Source of the DNA: Candidatus Dormiibacterota bacterium
GTDB taxonomy: Bacteria > Chloroflexota > Dormibacteria > Aeolococcales > Aeolococcaceae
Length of the DNA stretch: 64,000 bases
Direction of reading: 5' to 3'
Assembly (NCBI GenBank): GCA_963777445.1
Contig: CAVZQR010000004.1
Coordinates: forward strand, 186,263-250,262
The position numbers and the translations under genes are program-made. Positions within the stretch are counted from its first letter, which is position 1. Every line of letters starts with the position of its first letter. Positions 1-9,724 of the stretch are shown here, piece after piece. The notes under the pieces are model-generated. The model ran no database searches. It was not told where the DNA came from and saw only the letters and a list, made by a program, of their open reading frames with translations.

Positions 1-903
1 TTCGCGGGACAGCGGCGTGAGGGCTTCTACGTCGACCTCGGATCGATCTTCGATCTCGGCGCGCTCCGCCCCTTCCAGAACCTGCATCTGATTCCGCTTC
101 CGGCCGTCGGCGGCGTCAACTCGACCAAGCAACTCAACGTGCACACGATCGCCATCCAGGTCCCCAAGACCCATCTCACCAAGAACGGCGAGATGCCCAC
201 CGACCCGACGAGCGCCAACTCGGTCATCGGTGTGTACACCACGGCCAGCCGTCGCAAGTCCACGGTCCTGGAGCACGGTGGCCGCACCATGGACGTCGGA
301 CCCTGGGTCCAGGTCTCGCGGCTCGGCATGCCCCTGATCAACGAGGTGGTCATTCCGATCGGCAAGAAGGACTTCTGGAACTCCACCGCGCCGAAGAACG
401 ATGCTCAGTTCGTCGCCAACTACGCCCACCCGGAGCTCGCCGGACTGCTCCCCGTGCTCTACCCGGGCGTCTTCCCGCACCTGGCCGCGTACACGGCCAC
501 TCGTGTCGACCTCGAGGCGATCCTGCTCACCGGAATCCCGTCGGGCATCATCCCGGGCTTCCAGAACAACACCGGGGCGACGCCGGCCGACCTTTTGCGC
601 CTGAACATGGCGATTCCCCCGGCATCGTCTCCGAGCGTCAACGGCATCCTCGGCGGAGACCTCGCGGGGTTCCCGAACGGCCGCCGGGTGTTCGACGATG
701 TGGCCACCATCGAGATCCGCGCCATCGCCGGCGTCACGATCCCGCTGGTTGATCCCAGCTTCACGCCTGACGGCGCCGCAGGCGTGGTCAGTGACTTCTC
801 CGCGGGCCAGTTCAGCGGCGGTTCGGTTCCCGGCAACGGCCGGTACATCAACCACTTCCCGTACCTCGGCACCCCGCTCAACGGTTTCGACACCCCGAGT
901 TGA
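1..903 (+). CDS. DUF4331 domain-containing protein, 5'-partial
   Basis: Frame 1 is open from base 1 to TGA 901-903. It has a conserved DUF4331-type core (LGMPLINEVVIPIGKKDFWN, GFPNGRRVFDDV). Track ORF 139..903 is only the part after the first Met. Confidence 0.8.
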   Translation, partial: FAGQRREGFYVDLGSIFDLGALRPFQNLHLIPLPAVGGVNSTKQLNVHTIAIQVPKTHLTKNGEMPTDPTSANSVIGVYTTASRRKSTVLEHGGRTMDVGPWVQVSRLGMPLINEVVIPIGKKDFWNSTAPKNDAQFVANYAHPELAGLLPVLYPGVFPHLAAYTATRVDLEAILLTGIPSGIIPGFQNNTGATPADLLRLNMAIPPASSPSVNGILGGDLAGFPNGRRVFDDVATIEIRAIAGVTIPLVDPSFTPDGAAGVVSDFSAGQFSGGSVPGNGRYINHFPYLGTPLNGFDTPS

Positions 904-1214
904 TCGAGATCGAGTCCGCCGGTCCCGCCCCGAGCGGGCCGGCGGTCCTCGATATCGGTGGGGGGGCCGGAGCGCTGCTGGTGATCGTCCCGGCAGCGCT
1001 CCTCCACACCGAGATCGAGGTCAGCCCCGACGGACGCCCCGGCGCCCGGACCCATACCGGGGTGCATCAGCGCCCCATGACGGGCGAGCAGCTCCCGATC
1101 GCACTCTTTCCGTCGCTCGACGCCGGCACCTGGACCCTCTGGGGATCGGGACCGTGCGCAACTCGCACCGTCGAGATTCTCGACGGCCGGGTCACCGAGG
1201 TGGACTGGCGCTGA
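900..1214 (+). CDS. hypothetical protein
   Basis: 104-aa ORF whose TTG start overlaps the upstream stop (TTGA). Codon usage is GC3-rich. No family recognised. Confidence 0.4.
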   Translation: MIEIESAGPAPSGPAVLDIGGGAGALLVIVPAALLHTEIEVSPDGRPGARTHTGVHQRPMTGEQLPIALFPSLDAGTWTLWGSGPCATRTVEILDGRVTEVDWR

Positions 1215-1256
1215 CGTTCGCTTGACGGTCCCCAGGGTTTGCGTCTAACGTAGCCT

Positions 1257-1281
1257 GATTCTACAGGCGTTCAGTAGAATT
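1257..1281. promoter_or_regulatory. inverted repeat GATTCTAC-N9-GTAGAATT (candidate operator) upstream of the aminotransferase operon
   Basis: Read directly from the sequence, 38 nt upstream of the 1319 start. Promoter-like TTGACG (1222-1227) N18 TAACGT (1246-1251) lies just upstream. Confidence 0.3.
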
Positions 1282-1318
1282 TCTTGCATCCGCACGGCCT
1301 GCTGGAGGTGCCTGGTCG

Positions 1319-2689
1319 ATGGGTTTGACCTTGGGTGACATCGATTTGGATCGGGTCGCAACACTGACCGCTCGCGAGGAAGCCGAGTTCCGGTCTCGGC
1401 GGACGCGTTCGCGCGAGTTGTGGAAGGAGGCGACCGAGTACATCCCACGCGGGGTGCCCAGCTCGTTCCAGGACACGCCACCGCAGCCGGTCTTCATCGA
1501 CTACGGCAAGGGAAGTCACGTCTGGGACGTGGACGGCAACGAGTACGTCGACTTTCACAACGGATTCGGTGTGATGGTCGTCGGCCACGCTCACCCGGCG
1601 ATCGTCGCGGCGGTCGAGTCACAGATGCACCGGGGATCGCACTTCGCCCAGCCGGTCGCCGAGAACATCGTCGTCGCACGCGAGCTCGCGCGGCGCTTCC
1701 ATCAGCCGCAGTGGCGCTTCACCAACAGCGGTACGGAGTCAACCCTGGATGCGATCCGCCTCGCACGCGGGTTCACGGATCGCGAGCGGATCATCAAGAT
1801 CGAGGCGTCGTACCACGGGCATCACGACGCGCTCCTGGTGTCGGTCGAGCCCCCCGTCGATGCGATGGGCGACGCGGATTTCCCGAATTCCGTGCCGATG
1901 ACGGGCGGAATCCCCGCCTCGACCGTCGAGCTCACGACCGTGGTCGGATTCAACGACCTGGCGTCGCTGGAGCGCGCCTTCGCCTCTCATCCGGGCGAGG
2001 TCGCCTGCGTGATCGTCGAGCCGGCCATGATGAACATCGGGTTCGTGCTCCCGGACGACGGATACCTCGCCGGCGTGGTCGAGACGGCCCACCGCCACGG
2101 CGCGGTGGCGATCTTCGATGAGGTGAAGACGGGCGTGACCATCGCTCCCGGCGGGGCCACCGAGCGCTTCGGGGTGGTCCCGGACATCGTGTGCCTCGCC
2201 AAGGCGATCGGCGGCGGACTCCCCTGCGGGGCGGTCGGCGGTCGCGCCGACATCATGGCGACGATCACCGACGGCAAGGTCGCCCAACTGGGCACCTTCA
2301 ACGGCAACCCGTTGACCACCGCAGCTTCGCGGGCGACACTCCTCGAAGTGCTCACCGGCCAGGCCTACTCCCACCTCGACGCCCTCACCGAGGAGTTGAG
2401 CGGGGGTTTGCGCGACGTGATGTCGGAGTACAAGCTGCCCTTTCACGTGGTGTCGATGGGGGCACGCGGTTGCGTGACCTACCGCAACGAGCCGGTGCGC
2501 AACTACCGCGACTACGCCGCGATGGACAAGTCGCTCGCGTACGTTTCGTGGCTGTATCAGACCAACCGGGGTGTCCTGATGGCGCCTGGTGCCGAGGAGA
2601 ACTGGACGCTGTCGGTCCAGCACGCGTCCGACGACGTCAAGCGCTACGTCAGCAACTTCCGTGAGCTGGCCAGGGATCTCAAGGCATGA
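1319..2689 (+). CDS. class-III (GSA-aminomutase-like) pyridoxal-phosphate aminotransferase
   Basis: 456-aa ORF with typical class-III motifs (DFHNGFGVMVVGHAHP, FTNSGTESTLDAIRLARG, IFDEVKTG, AKAIGGG). Its stop overlaps the next start (ATGA). Confidence 0.9.
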   Translation: MGLTLGDIDLDRVATLTAREEAEFRSRRTRSRELWKEATEYIPRGVPSSFQDTPPQPVFIDYGKGSHVWDVDGNEYVDFHNGFGVMVVGHAHPAIVAAVESQMHRGSHFAQPVAENIVVARELARRFHQPQWRFTNSGTESTLDAIRLARGFTDRERIIKIEASYHGHHDALLVSVEPPVDAMGDADFPNSVPMTGGIPASTVELTTVVGFNDLASLERAFASHPGEVACVIVEPAMMNIGFVLPDDGYLAGVVETAHRHGAVAIFDEVKTGVTIAPGGATERFGVVPDIVCLAKAIGGGLPCGAVGGRADIMATITDGKVAQLGTFNGNPLTTAASRATLLEVLTGQAYSHLDALTEELSGGLRDVMSEYKLPFHVVSMGARGCVTYRNEPVRNYRDYAAMDKSLAYVSWLYQTNRGVLMAPGAEENWTLSVQHASDDVKRYVSNFRELARDLKA

Positions 2690-4129
2690 GCACGGTCGCG
2701 GTGCGCTCCCTGCGCAACTTCGTCGACGGCGCATATCGAGATGCAACCTCTGACGCCTTCACGTCACTGATCAACCCGGCGACGGGTGAGGAATTCGCCC
2801 AGGCACCGGTGTCGAGCGCGGCGGATGTCGACGCAGCGCTGCGTGCCGCACAGCGCGCGTTCCCGGGCTGGCGTGACACCACCCCGAGGGAACGAAGCTT
2901 GGCGCTGCTGCGCATCGCCGACGCGTTCGAGAAGCGCGCCGAGGAATTCGTCGCGCTCGAGTGCGAGAACACGGGCAAGCCGATCTCGCTCACGCGCAGC
3001 GAGGAGATCCCCCAGCTGATCGACCCGGTGCGGTTCTTCGCGGGCTGCGCGACGGATCCTCGAGGGACGGAGTGCCGGCGAGTACATGGCCGGGCACACC
3101 TCGATGATCCGCCGTGAACCGGTCGGCGTCTGCGCGCAGGTCACGCCGTGGAACTACCCGATGCTGATGGCCATCTGGAAGTGGGCGCCGGCGATCGCCG
3201 CCGGCAACACCGTGGTCCTGAAGCCCTCGGATACCACGCCGGTGACCACGCTGCTGATGGCTGAGATCATGGCCGAGCATCTGCCCCCAGGCGTCTTCAA
3301 CGTGGTGTGCGGCGATCCCGCCACCGGGGCCGCGCTGGTCACGCATCGCATTCCCGCCATGGCGTCGATCACCGGCAGCGTCCGCGCCGGCATGGAAGTG
3401 GCGCGGGCGGCGGCCGGTGACCTCAAGCGGGTGCACCTGGAGCTGGGCGGCAAGGCGCCGGTGATCGTCTTCGACAACTCGGACGTCGCCTCCACCGCCG
3501 AGGCGGTGGCCATGGCCGGCTACTTCAACGCCGGGCAGGACTGCACGGCGGCCACCCGCGTGCTGGCGGCGGCTTCGATTCACGACGAGCTCGTGGCCTC
3601 GCTCGCCGAGCAGGCGGCGGCGAACAAGACCGGTGCCCCGGACGACGATGAGGTGGCCTTCGGCCCGCTCAACAACGCCAAGCAGCTCGACCGGGTTCGC
3701 GAGCTGGTCGGCGGCGCTCCGTCACACGCGGACGTCGTCGCGGGAGGACATCGGATCGGCGAGCGCGGCTACTTCCACGAGGCCACCGTCATCGCCGGCC
3801 TCCGCCAGGATGACGATCTGATCCAGCGCGAGATCTTCGGCCCGGTGATCACCGTGCAGCGCTTCGACGACGAGGCGAAAGCCCTCGAATGGGCCAACGG
3901 CGTCGAGTACGGCCTCTCCGCCAGTGTCTGGACGCACGACCATGGCCGCGCGATGCGCATGGCCCGTGCACTGGACTTTGGCTGCGTCTGGATCAACACT
4001 CACATCCCCCTGGTGTCCGAGATGCCACACGGGGGCTACAAGCACTCGGGGTACGGCAAGGATCTTTCGATGTACGGGTTTGAGGACTACACCCGCATCA
4101 AGCACGTGATGAGCAATATCGAAGCCTGA
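2686..4129 (+). pseudogene. gamma-aminobutyraldehyde (PatD-like) aldehyde dehydrogenase, interrupted by a 1-nt frameshift near 3045
   Basis: Track ORFs 2686..3117 and 3086..4129 are the N- and C-terminal parts of one ALDH. The frame-1 product ends RFFAG. The other frame continues ARRILEGRSAGEYMAGHTSMIRREPVGV. The C-terminus PHGGYKHSGYGKDLSMYGFEDYTRIKHVM resembles PatD/YdcW. Confidence 0.8.
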
Positions 4130-4171
4130 CGATCCAGGCTCGAGTCAGGAGGACACGGTGAGGAGGAAGAC

Positions 4172-5773
4172 ATGGCGACGCTAGCGGAGCCGATCGTTCA
4201 CGGGAAACAGGTGGTCTCGCAGCTGAAGACCAACACCCTGAATCTCTTCGACGCCACCATCATCGCGACCTCGAGCGTCGCGCCGGCCTACAGCCTTGCG
4301 GCGACGATCGCGCTCTTGTTCGTGGCCGTGGGCGCCGCGTCGCCGGCCGCGATCCTCGTGAGCTTCTTCCCTGTCATGTTCATCGCGGTCGCCTACTACT
4401 ACCTGAACCGCATGGACCCCAACTGCGGTGCGTCGTACTCGTGGGTCAGCCGCACCCTGAGCCCGTATATCGGCTGGCTCGGAGGTTGGGTGCAACTCTG
4501 CGCCAATATCCTGTTCTGCGCCGCCGCGCCGTTGATCGCCGGCGCCTACACGCTGCAGTTGCTCAACAGCATCTTCCCCGGTCAGATCAGCGCGGACGTT
4601 GCGGGCAGCACGTTCTGGGTCGCCGTCGCCGGTATTGCCTGGCTCCTTCTCGTCACCTACATGGTGGTCAAGGGCATCCGCCTCACCGCCAACTTCCAAT
4701 GGGTCCTCCTGGCGATCGAGTACTTCGTTGTCGTCGGCTTCTGCATCGCGGCAGTGGTGAAGGTCGTCAGCGGAGGTCACGCGGCACAACCGGTGCAGGC
4801 AAGCTGGTACAACCCCCTTTCGCTGCAGAACATCACCGGTCTCGCCGCCGGCGCCAGCCTGGGAGTGTTCTTCTTCTGGGGCTGGGACACGGCAGCCAAC
4901 GTCAACGAGGAGAGCAAGGACGCCGAGACGACGCCGGGCTACGCCGGCATCATCAGCATGATCGTCCTGCTGGTGCTGTTCCTCTTCGCAGCCACGGCAA
5001 TCGACATGGTGACCTCATCGAGCGACCTCACGACCCAGGGCAACAACGGCGGTGACATCCTCTACTTCTTCGCCCAGGGACTTGCGCCGGCGCCGATCAA
5101 CTACCTCATGGTGCTGGCCGTCCTCTCCTCCACCGTCGCCACCGTCCAGACGACCCTGCTGCCATCGAGCCGGCTCTCGTTCTCCATGGCGCGTGACGGC
5201 GTCTTTCCCAAGATGTTCGGCGTTGTCCACAAGAGCTGGCAGACGCCGTGGATCGGCACGGTCGTGACGACCGTGCTTTCCATCGTCGTGATCTGCTTCA
5301 CCTTCATCGGCAGCGTCAACTCGGTGTTCCAGAACCTGATCCTCGACATCGGCGTCCTGGTCGCCTTCTATTACGGCGTCACCGGCGTCGCGTGCGCCTG
5401 GGCATTTCGCAAGGTGCTGTTGACCTCGGTGAAGCTGTTCCTCTTCGCAGGGATCCTGCCTCTGCTCGGCGGGATCTTCCTTTTCTGGATCGGCTACGAG
5501 GTCATCTCATCGGATGTGACGGCCGCACTGCCAATCCTGATCGCCGTCGGTGCCGGCGTCCCGCTGACCATCATCGCGGCGCTGGTGAACAAGAACGGCT
5601 TCTTCCGCGAGAAGACGGTGTCCTATGTCATGCGCAACGGCAACCTGATGGCGGCGACGGCAGGTGGTGGCACGATGGAACTGGCAGGTGCCACAGTCAG
5701 CACCCCCGGAACAGGCGCGGACCCCGGGGCCGCCGCCGATCCGGCCGCTCAGAGCCGATCGAGCAACGAGTAG
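4172..5773 (+). CDS. APC-family amino acid/polyamine permease
   Basis: 533-aa polytopic membrane ORF with about 12 hydrophobic segments and an APC-type N-terminus. GAGGAGGA RBS lies 5-12 nt upstream. Confidence 0.85.
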   Translation: MATLAEPIVHGKQVVSQLKTNTLNLFDATIIATSSVAPAYSLAATIALLFVAVGAASPAAILVSFFPVMFIAVAYYYLNRMDPNCGASYSWVSRTLSPYIGWLGGWVQLCANILFCAAAPLIAGAYTLQLLNSIFPGQISADVAGSTFWVAVAGIAWLLLVTYMVVKGIRLTANFQWVLLAIEYFVVVGFCIAAVVKVVSGGHAAQPVQASWYNPLSLQNITGLAAGASLGVFFFWGWDTAANVNEESKDAETTPGYAGIISMIVLLVLFLFAATAIDMVTSSSDLTTQGNNGGDILYFFAQGLAPAPINYLMVLAVLSSTVATVQTTLLPSSRLSFSMARDGVFPKMFGVVHKSWQTPWIGTVVTTVLSIVVICFTFIGSVNSVFQNLILDIGVLVAFYYGVTGVACAWAFRKVLLTSVKLFLFAGILPLLGGIFLFWIGYEVISSDVTAALPILIAVGAGVPLTIIAALVNKNGFFREKTVSYVMRNGNLMAATAGGGTMELAGATVSTPGTGADPGAAADPAAQSRSSNE

Positions 5774-7062
5774 TACACGCCGACGAGTGGGAGGAACCAG
5801 GGGTGCCCCCGGTACAACGGCATCCGCGGAAAGCGGAGGTCGGAGAAGGCCGGTCGGGCACCTCTGGCGATCCACTCGGCGGCGAGCGTTCCCATCCAGC
5901 TCCCCAGCGCGACGCCACTGCCGCAGTACCCCATCGCGTAGGTGATGCCCTCCGACCGCGTGAGGTGGGGCAGCTGGTCGAACGTGAAGCCCACGTTGCC
6001 GGTCCACGCGTGGCTGACGCGCACGCCCGCGAGCTGCGGATAGATGTCGATCATCGCCGCATAGAGACGGTCACGCGCGCTCTGCACGCTGACCGGCGCA
6101 AAGCTGGCGCGGCCGCCGAAGACCAGGCGCCCGTCGGGTGAGAGACGCCAGTAATGGAGAAAGTTGCGGCTGTCGCTCATCATCCGGCGCTGCGGGCTGA
6201 CGTCGGCGGCGCGCGCATCGCCGAGTGGCTCGGTGGCGATGATGTAGCTGCCGATCGGGATGATGCGGCGCCTCGCCCAAGGCGCGGCGCCGTCCGTGTA
6301 GCCGTTGGTGGCCACCAGCACCTCGCCCGCGGTGAGATCGCCGCGCGACGTGTGAACCAGGGAGCCTGTCGCCCGCGGCTCGATGGAGCTCACCCGAGTG
6401 TGCAGGTGCACCTCGGCTCCGCCGCCGATCGAGAGCCGGGCGAGCCCGGCGAGATAGCGGGCGGGATGGATGCCGGCCCCGTTGTCGGTGAGCATCCCGC
6501 CGTGGAAACCCCGGCACGGCGTCTCGCTTTCGAGCGCCGGCTCCTCGAGCATCACGGTGGACTCCCCGAGCCGTTGACGGCGCTCGGCCTCGTCCTTGCG
6601 CAGCCCCGTCATCCGCGACTTCCGATGCGCGAGATGCAGCCATCCGGACTGCGCGTACATCGCGTCGGGCGCGGCTGCCGCCGCGGTTCGGGCGACGAAC
6701 GCGTATGCCTCGACGCTCGCTTCGTGCAGCGCTCGTCCGGCGGCCCCGTGCTTGCGCTCGAGGAACGCGACATTGCGCCGGACGCCCCCGTGGATCATCC
6801 CGGCGTTGCGGCCACTCGCACCTTCGCCGAGCCCGGCGCTGTCGATGACCACCGTGTGCTTGCCAAGCGAAGCCAGCCGTGCCGCGGCCGAAAGCCCCGT
6901 GAAACCGGCACCGACGACGACGACGTCGGCGGTCGCAGGCAGGGTCGATTCCGCAACGCCTGGAAACGTCGTGTCGTCCCACCACAGCGGCGTTTCGCGG
7001 TAATCATCGGCAAGTGGCGCGGTGCGCTTGCCGGGCGGACCGGCGGGCGACCAGATGCTCAT
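5749..7062 (-). CDS. FAD-dependent oxidoreductase (DAO family, gamma-glutamylputrescine oxidase PuuB-like)
   Basis: 437 aa with an N-terminal dinucleotide fold (VVVVGAGFTGLSAAARLA) and DAO-type length and layout. Confidence 0.85.
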   Translation of the reverse strand: MSIWSPAGPPGKRTAPLADDYRETPLWWDDTTFPGVAESTLPATADVVVVGAGFTGLSAAARLASLGKHTVVIDSAGLGEGASGRNAGMIHGGVRRNVAFLERKHGAAGRALHEASVEAYAFVARTAAAAAPDAMYAQSGWLHLAHRKSRMTGLRKDEAERRQRLGESTVMLEEPALESETPCRGFHGGMLTDNGAGIHPARYLAGLARLSIGGGAEVHLHTRVSSIEPRATGSLVHTSRGDLTAGEVLVATNGYTDGAAPWARRRIIPIGSYIIATEPLGDARAADVSPQRRMMSDSRNFLHYWRLSPDGRLVFGGRASFAPVSVQSARDRLYAAMIDIYPQLAGVRVSHAWTGNVGFTFDQLPHLTRSEGITYAMGYCGSGVALGSWMGTLAAEWIARGARPAFSDLRFPRMPLYRGHPWFLPLVGVYYSLLDRL

Positions 7063-7143
7063 AATCTACTCAACAGTGACAAGTTCGACCGGGTCGGACA
7101 GCGTACCTGCTGCCCGCACCGTGTCGTGTCGAGGAGTGTCCGC

Positions 7144-7920
7144 GTGGACGACATCCGCATTGGCGAGGTCGCCCGACGAGTCGGCGTGAGCCCGTCGACC
7201 CTCCGGGCGTGGGAGCGCAAAGGGTTGGTGCGCCCGGTGCGTGCGGATGGGCGCCATCGCCGCTACACGTCGGATGACATCGCTCGGCTCCGAGACGTTC
7301 GCGCCTTGCTGACGCGCGGGTTCGCGCCCCCGGCACTGCATTCGCTCATCGCCGGCGAGGCGATCCCCGAGGATCCGGTGGTCGGCAAGCGCCTGCGGGC
7401 CGCGCGCACCAAGCGAAGCCTGTCGCTCCGCAGCGCGGCGGAGCGTGCCGGCATCTCCGCCTCGTACCTCAGCCTGGTGGAGCGCGGCCTTGCGGAGCCG
7501 TCGGTGGCGCTGCTGCAGCGCGTCGCCTCCGCGTACGGCGGCACGCTGCTCGAGTTCTTCGGCGCGGCTCCCTCCGGGCTGTCGAGACCGAAGCTGGTGC
7601 GCAGCACCGAGCGGCGCAGGCTGCATGGCTTCGATCGCGTCGAGATCGAGGACCTGGTCACGTTTCCCAATGCGGTGCTCGAGATCGACATCTTCAGTGT
7701 CGCCCCGGGCGGTGGCAGCGGTGGCGCGTACGCCCATGACGGTGAAGAGGCGATCTTCGTGCTCAGCGGCGAGCTCGACGTGTGGCTCGACGACGCCGAG
7801 CACTATCACATCGAGCCGGGCGACACCCTTTATTTCCGAAGTGCCCAGCAGCATCGCTGGATGAACCAATCCAGCACGACGACCCGGCTGTTCTGGGTCA
7901 ACACCCCGCCAACGTTCTAG
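7144..7920 (+). CDS. transcriptional regulator with MerR-type HTH, XRE-type HTH and C-terminal cupin domain
   Basis: GTG 7144 lies in frame inside the long track ORF 6154..7920; the part upstream is antisense to the oxidase gene. The domains are IGEVARRVGVSPSTLRAWERKGLV (MerR HTH), LRAARTKRSLSLRSAAERAGISASYLSLVERG (XRE HTH) and a cupin region (HDGEEAIFVLSGEL...GDTLYF). Confidence 0.75.
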   Translation: MDDIRIGEVARRVGVSPSTLRAWERKGLVRPVRADGRHRRYTSDDIARLRDVRALLTRGFAPPALHSLIAGEAIPEDPVVGKRLRAARTKRSLSLRSAAERAGISASYLSLVERGLAEPSVALLQRVASAYGGTLLEFFGAAPSGLSRPKLVRSTERRRLHGFDRVEIEDLVTFPNAVLEIDIFSVAPGGGSGGAYAHDGEEAIFVLSGELDVWLDDAEHYHIEPGDTLYFRSAQQHRWMNQSSTTTRLFWVNTPPTF

Positions 7921-7935
7921 GAGGAGCGCGCACCC

Positions 7936-9225
7936 ATGAACACGGTCGAGAAGTACCGCCGCTACGTGAACACCAGTGCGCTCGCGGGGGTGGAGCCGAT
8001 CACCGTCGAGAGCGCGCGCGGCGCGACCGTGACCGCGACCGACGGCACCGAATACACGGACCTCTACTCCGGGATCGGCGTGGTCAATGCCGGACACGTG
8101 CCGCCGAAAGTTGCGGAGGCTGCCAAGCGGCAGATGGACAAGGTGGTGCACTCCTGCTCCTATGTCTACCACGTCCCCGTCGTCGCCGACCTTGCCGAGC
8201 GGCTCGCCGAGATCACGCCCGGACGGCTCCAGAAGACGTTCTTCGGCAACAGTGGCGCCGAGGCCGTCGAGGGCGCACTCCGGCTCGCTCGTGCGTTCAC
8301 CGGCCGCCGCGAGATCATCGCGCTGCAGAGTTCCTTCCACGGCCGTACGGCGGGTGCGCTCGCGGTAACCGGCAACGCGCTGCGCAAGCATCGTGGTGGC
8401 GCGCAGATCGCGGGGATCGCATTTGCGCCGACGCCGAATCCGTACCGATGCCGGATGTGCTCGGGCTCGTGCTCGCTGGCGTGCGCCGACGTGGTCGACG
8501 ACGTGATTCGCTACGACACCAGCGATGATGTGGCCGCGTTCATCATCGAACCGATCATCGGTGAGGGCGGCATCATCCCGTTGCCGGACGGCTATCTTCG
8601 GCGCGTCAAGGACATCCTCGATGGACGCGGCATCCTGCTCATCGTCGACGAGGTGCAGAGTGGATTCGGGCGCAGCGGCAGGATGTTCGCGGTCGAAGCG
8701 TGCGGCGTCGAGCCGGACATCATGACCATGGCCAAGGGGATCGCAAGCGGTTTCCCGCTCGGTGCATTCATCGCGCGCGAGGAGGTCGCGGACGCCTTCG
8801 AACCAGGCGATCACATGAGCACCTTCGGGGGCAACCCGGTCTCCTGCGCCGCCGGGGTGGCCACGATCGACATGCTTGTCGAAGAGCACCTGCCCGAGCG
8901 CGCTGCGCGCATCGGGGCCGCCGTGATGGCGCGGCTGGACGCGTTCGCGGTGGAGTCGGACCTGGTCGGCGACGTTCGGGGCAGCGGACTGATGATCGGC
9001 GTCGAGCTGGTTCGCGACCGTGCCACCAAGGAGCCGGCGAGCAAGGAGGCCGCGGCCGTCAAGCGCCACTGCCGCGAGCGCGGCGTGCTCATCGGGGTCG
9101 GTGGCTCATTCGGCAACGTGGTCCGCATCCAGCCGCCGCTGGTCATCGGCGAGGAAGACCTCGATCGGGCGATCGGCGTCATCGAGGAAGCGGTCACGAG
9201 CCTCGCGGCGCAACCCGTCGGCTAG
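7936..9225 (+). CDS. class-III aminotransferase (GabT/putrescine aminotransferase-like)
   Basis: 429 aa with motifs GIGVVNAGHVPP, FGNSGAEAVEGALRLAR, IVDEVQSGFGRSG and TMAKGIASGFP. GGAGGAG RBS lies upstream. Confidence 0.9.
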   Translation: MNTVEKYRRYVNTSALAGVEPITVESARGATVTATDGTEYTDLYSGIGVVNAGHVPPKVAEAAKRQMDKVVHSCSYVYHVPVVADLAERLAEITPGRLQKTFFGNSGAEAVEGALRLARAFTGRREIIALQSSFHGRTAGALAVTGNALRKHRGGAQIAGIAFAPTPNPYRCRMCSGSCSLACADVVDDVIRYDTSDDVAAFIIEPIIGEGGIIPLPDGYLRRVKDILDGRGILLIVDEVQSGFGRSGRMFAVEACGVEPDIMTMAKGIASGFPLGAFIAREEVADAFEPGDHMSTFGGNPVSCAAGVATIDMLVEEHLPERAARIGAAVMARLDAFAVESDLVGDVRGSGLMIGVELVRDRATKEPASKEAAAVKRHCRERGVLIGVGGSFGNVVRIQPPLVIGEEDLDRAIGVIEEAVTSLAAQPVG

Positions 9226-9284
9226 CGAGCCGGGGAGCAAGGCACGTCCCATGGCATCTCACGAGATCTCTGGAGGCAGCAAAC

Positions 9285-9702
9285 GTGGACTGGAAGCTTG
9301 AGCTCATCGTCGTCCCTGTCTCGGACGTTGACCGCGCCAAGGCCTTCTACATCGAGCGCGCAGGTTTCAAGCTCGACGTCGATCACAGTGCTGGGGAGGA
9401 CTTTCGGGTTGTCCAGCTGACGCCACCGGGATCGGCGTGCTCGATCGCCCTCATGAAGAACATTGACGCAGCCGGGTCGGCGCAGGGCTTGCAGTTGGTT
9501 GTCTCCGACATCGACGCGGCGAAGCGCGGAACTCTCCGAGCGAGGGCTCGACGCAGGTGCGCCGTTTCACTTCGATTTCGAGACGGGCGCCCAGCGCTCG
9601 GGAGCAGATCCCAAGCGGAGCGACTACAACTCATTTCTGACGTTCAATGACCCGGACGGGAATCGGTGGTTGATCCAGGAGGTCCGCCGGGAAGCTTCCT
9701 GA
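9285..9702 (+). pseudogene. VOC/glyoxalase-family protein, frameshifted near 9518-9526
   Basis: The N-terminal half starts at GTG 9285 (VDWKLELIVVPVSDVDRAKAFY...QLVVSDIDAA) and lies in the frame of track ORF 8700..9650. The C-terminal half (AELSERGLDAGAPFHF...FNDPDGNRWLIQE) lies in ORF 9463..9702. Joining them requires a 1-nt indel. Confidence 0.7.
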
Positions 9703-9724
9703 ACGAGGTGCGACCCGGCCCAAC

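Noticed and set aside
6154-7143. N-terminal 330 aa of track ORF 6154..7920
   Set aside because: This part overlaps the FAD oxidase gene on the opposite strand and has no regulator-like sequence. MerR HTH homology begins at GTG 7144.
7066-9069. 667-aa ORF on the minus strand
   Set aside because: It is antisense to the well-supported regulator and class-III aminotransferase genes. Its Arg/Ala/Gly/Asp-rich composition has no recognisable domains. This is a typical shadow ORF of high-GC DNA.
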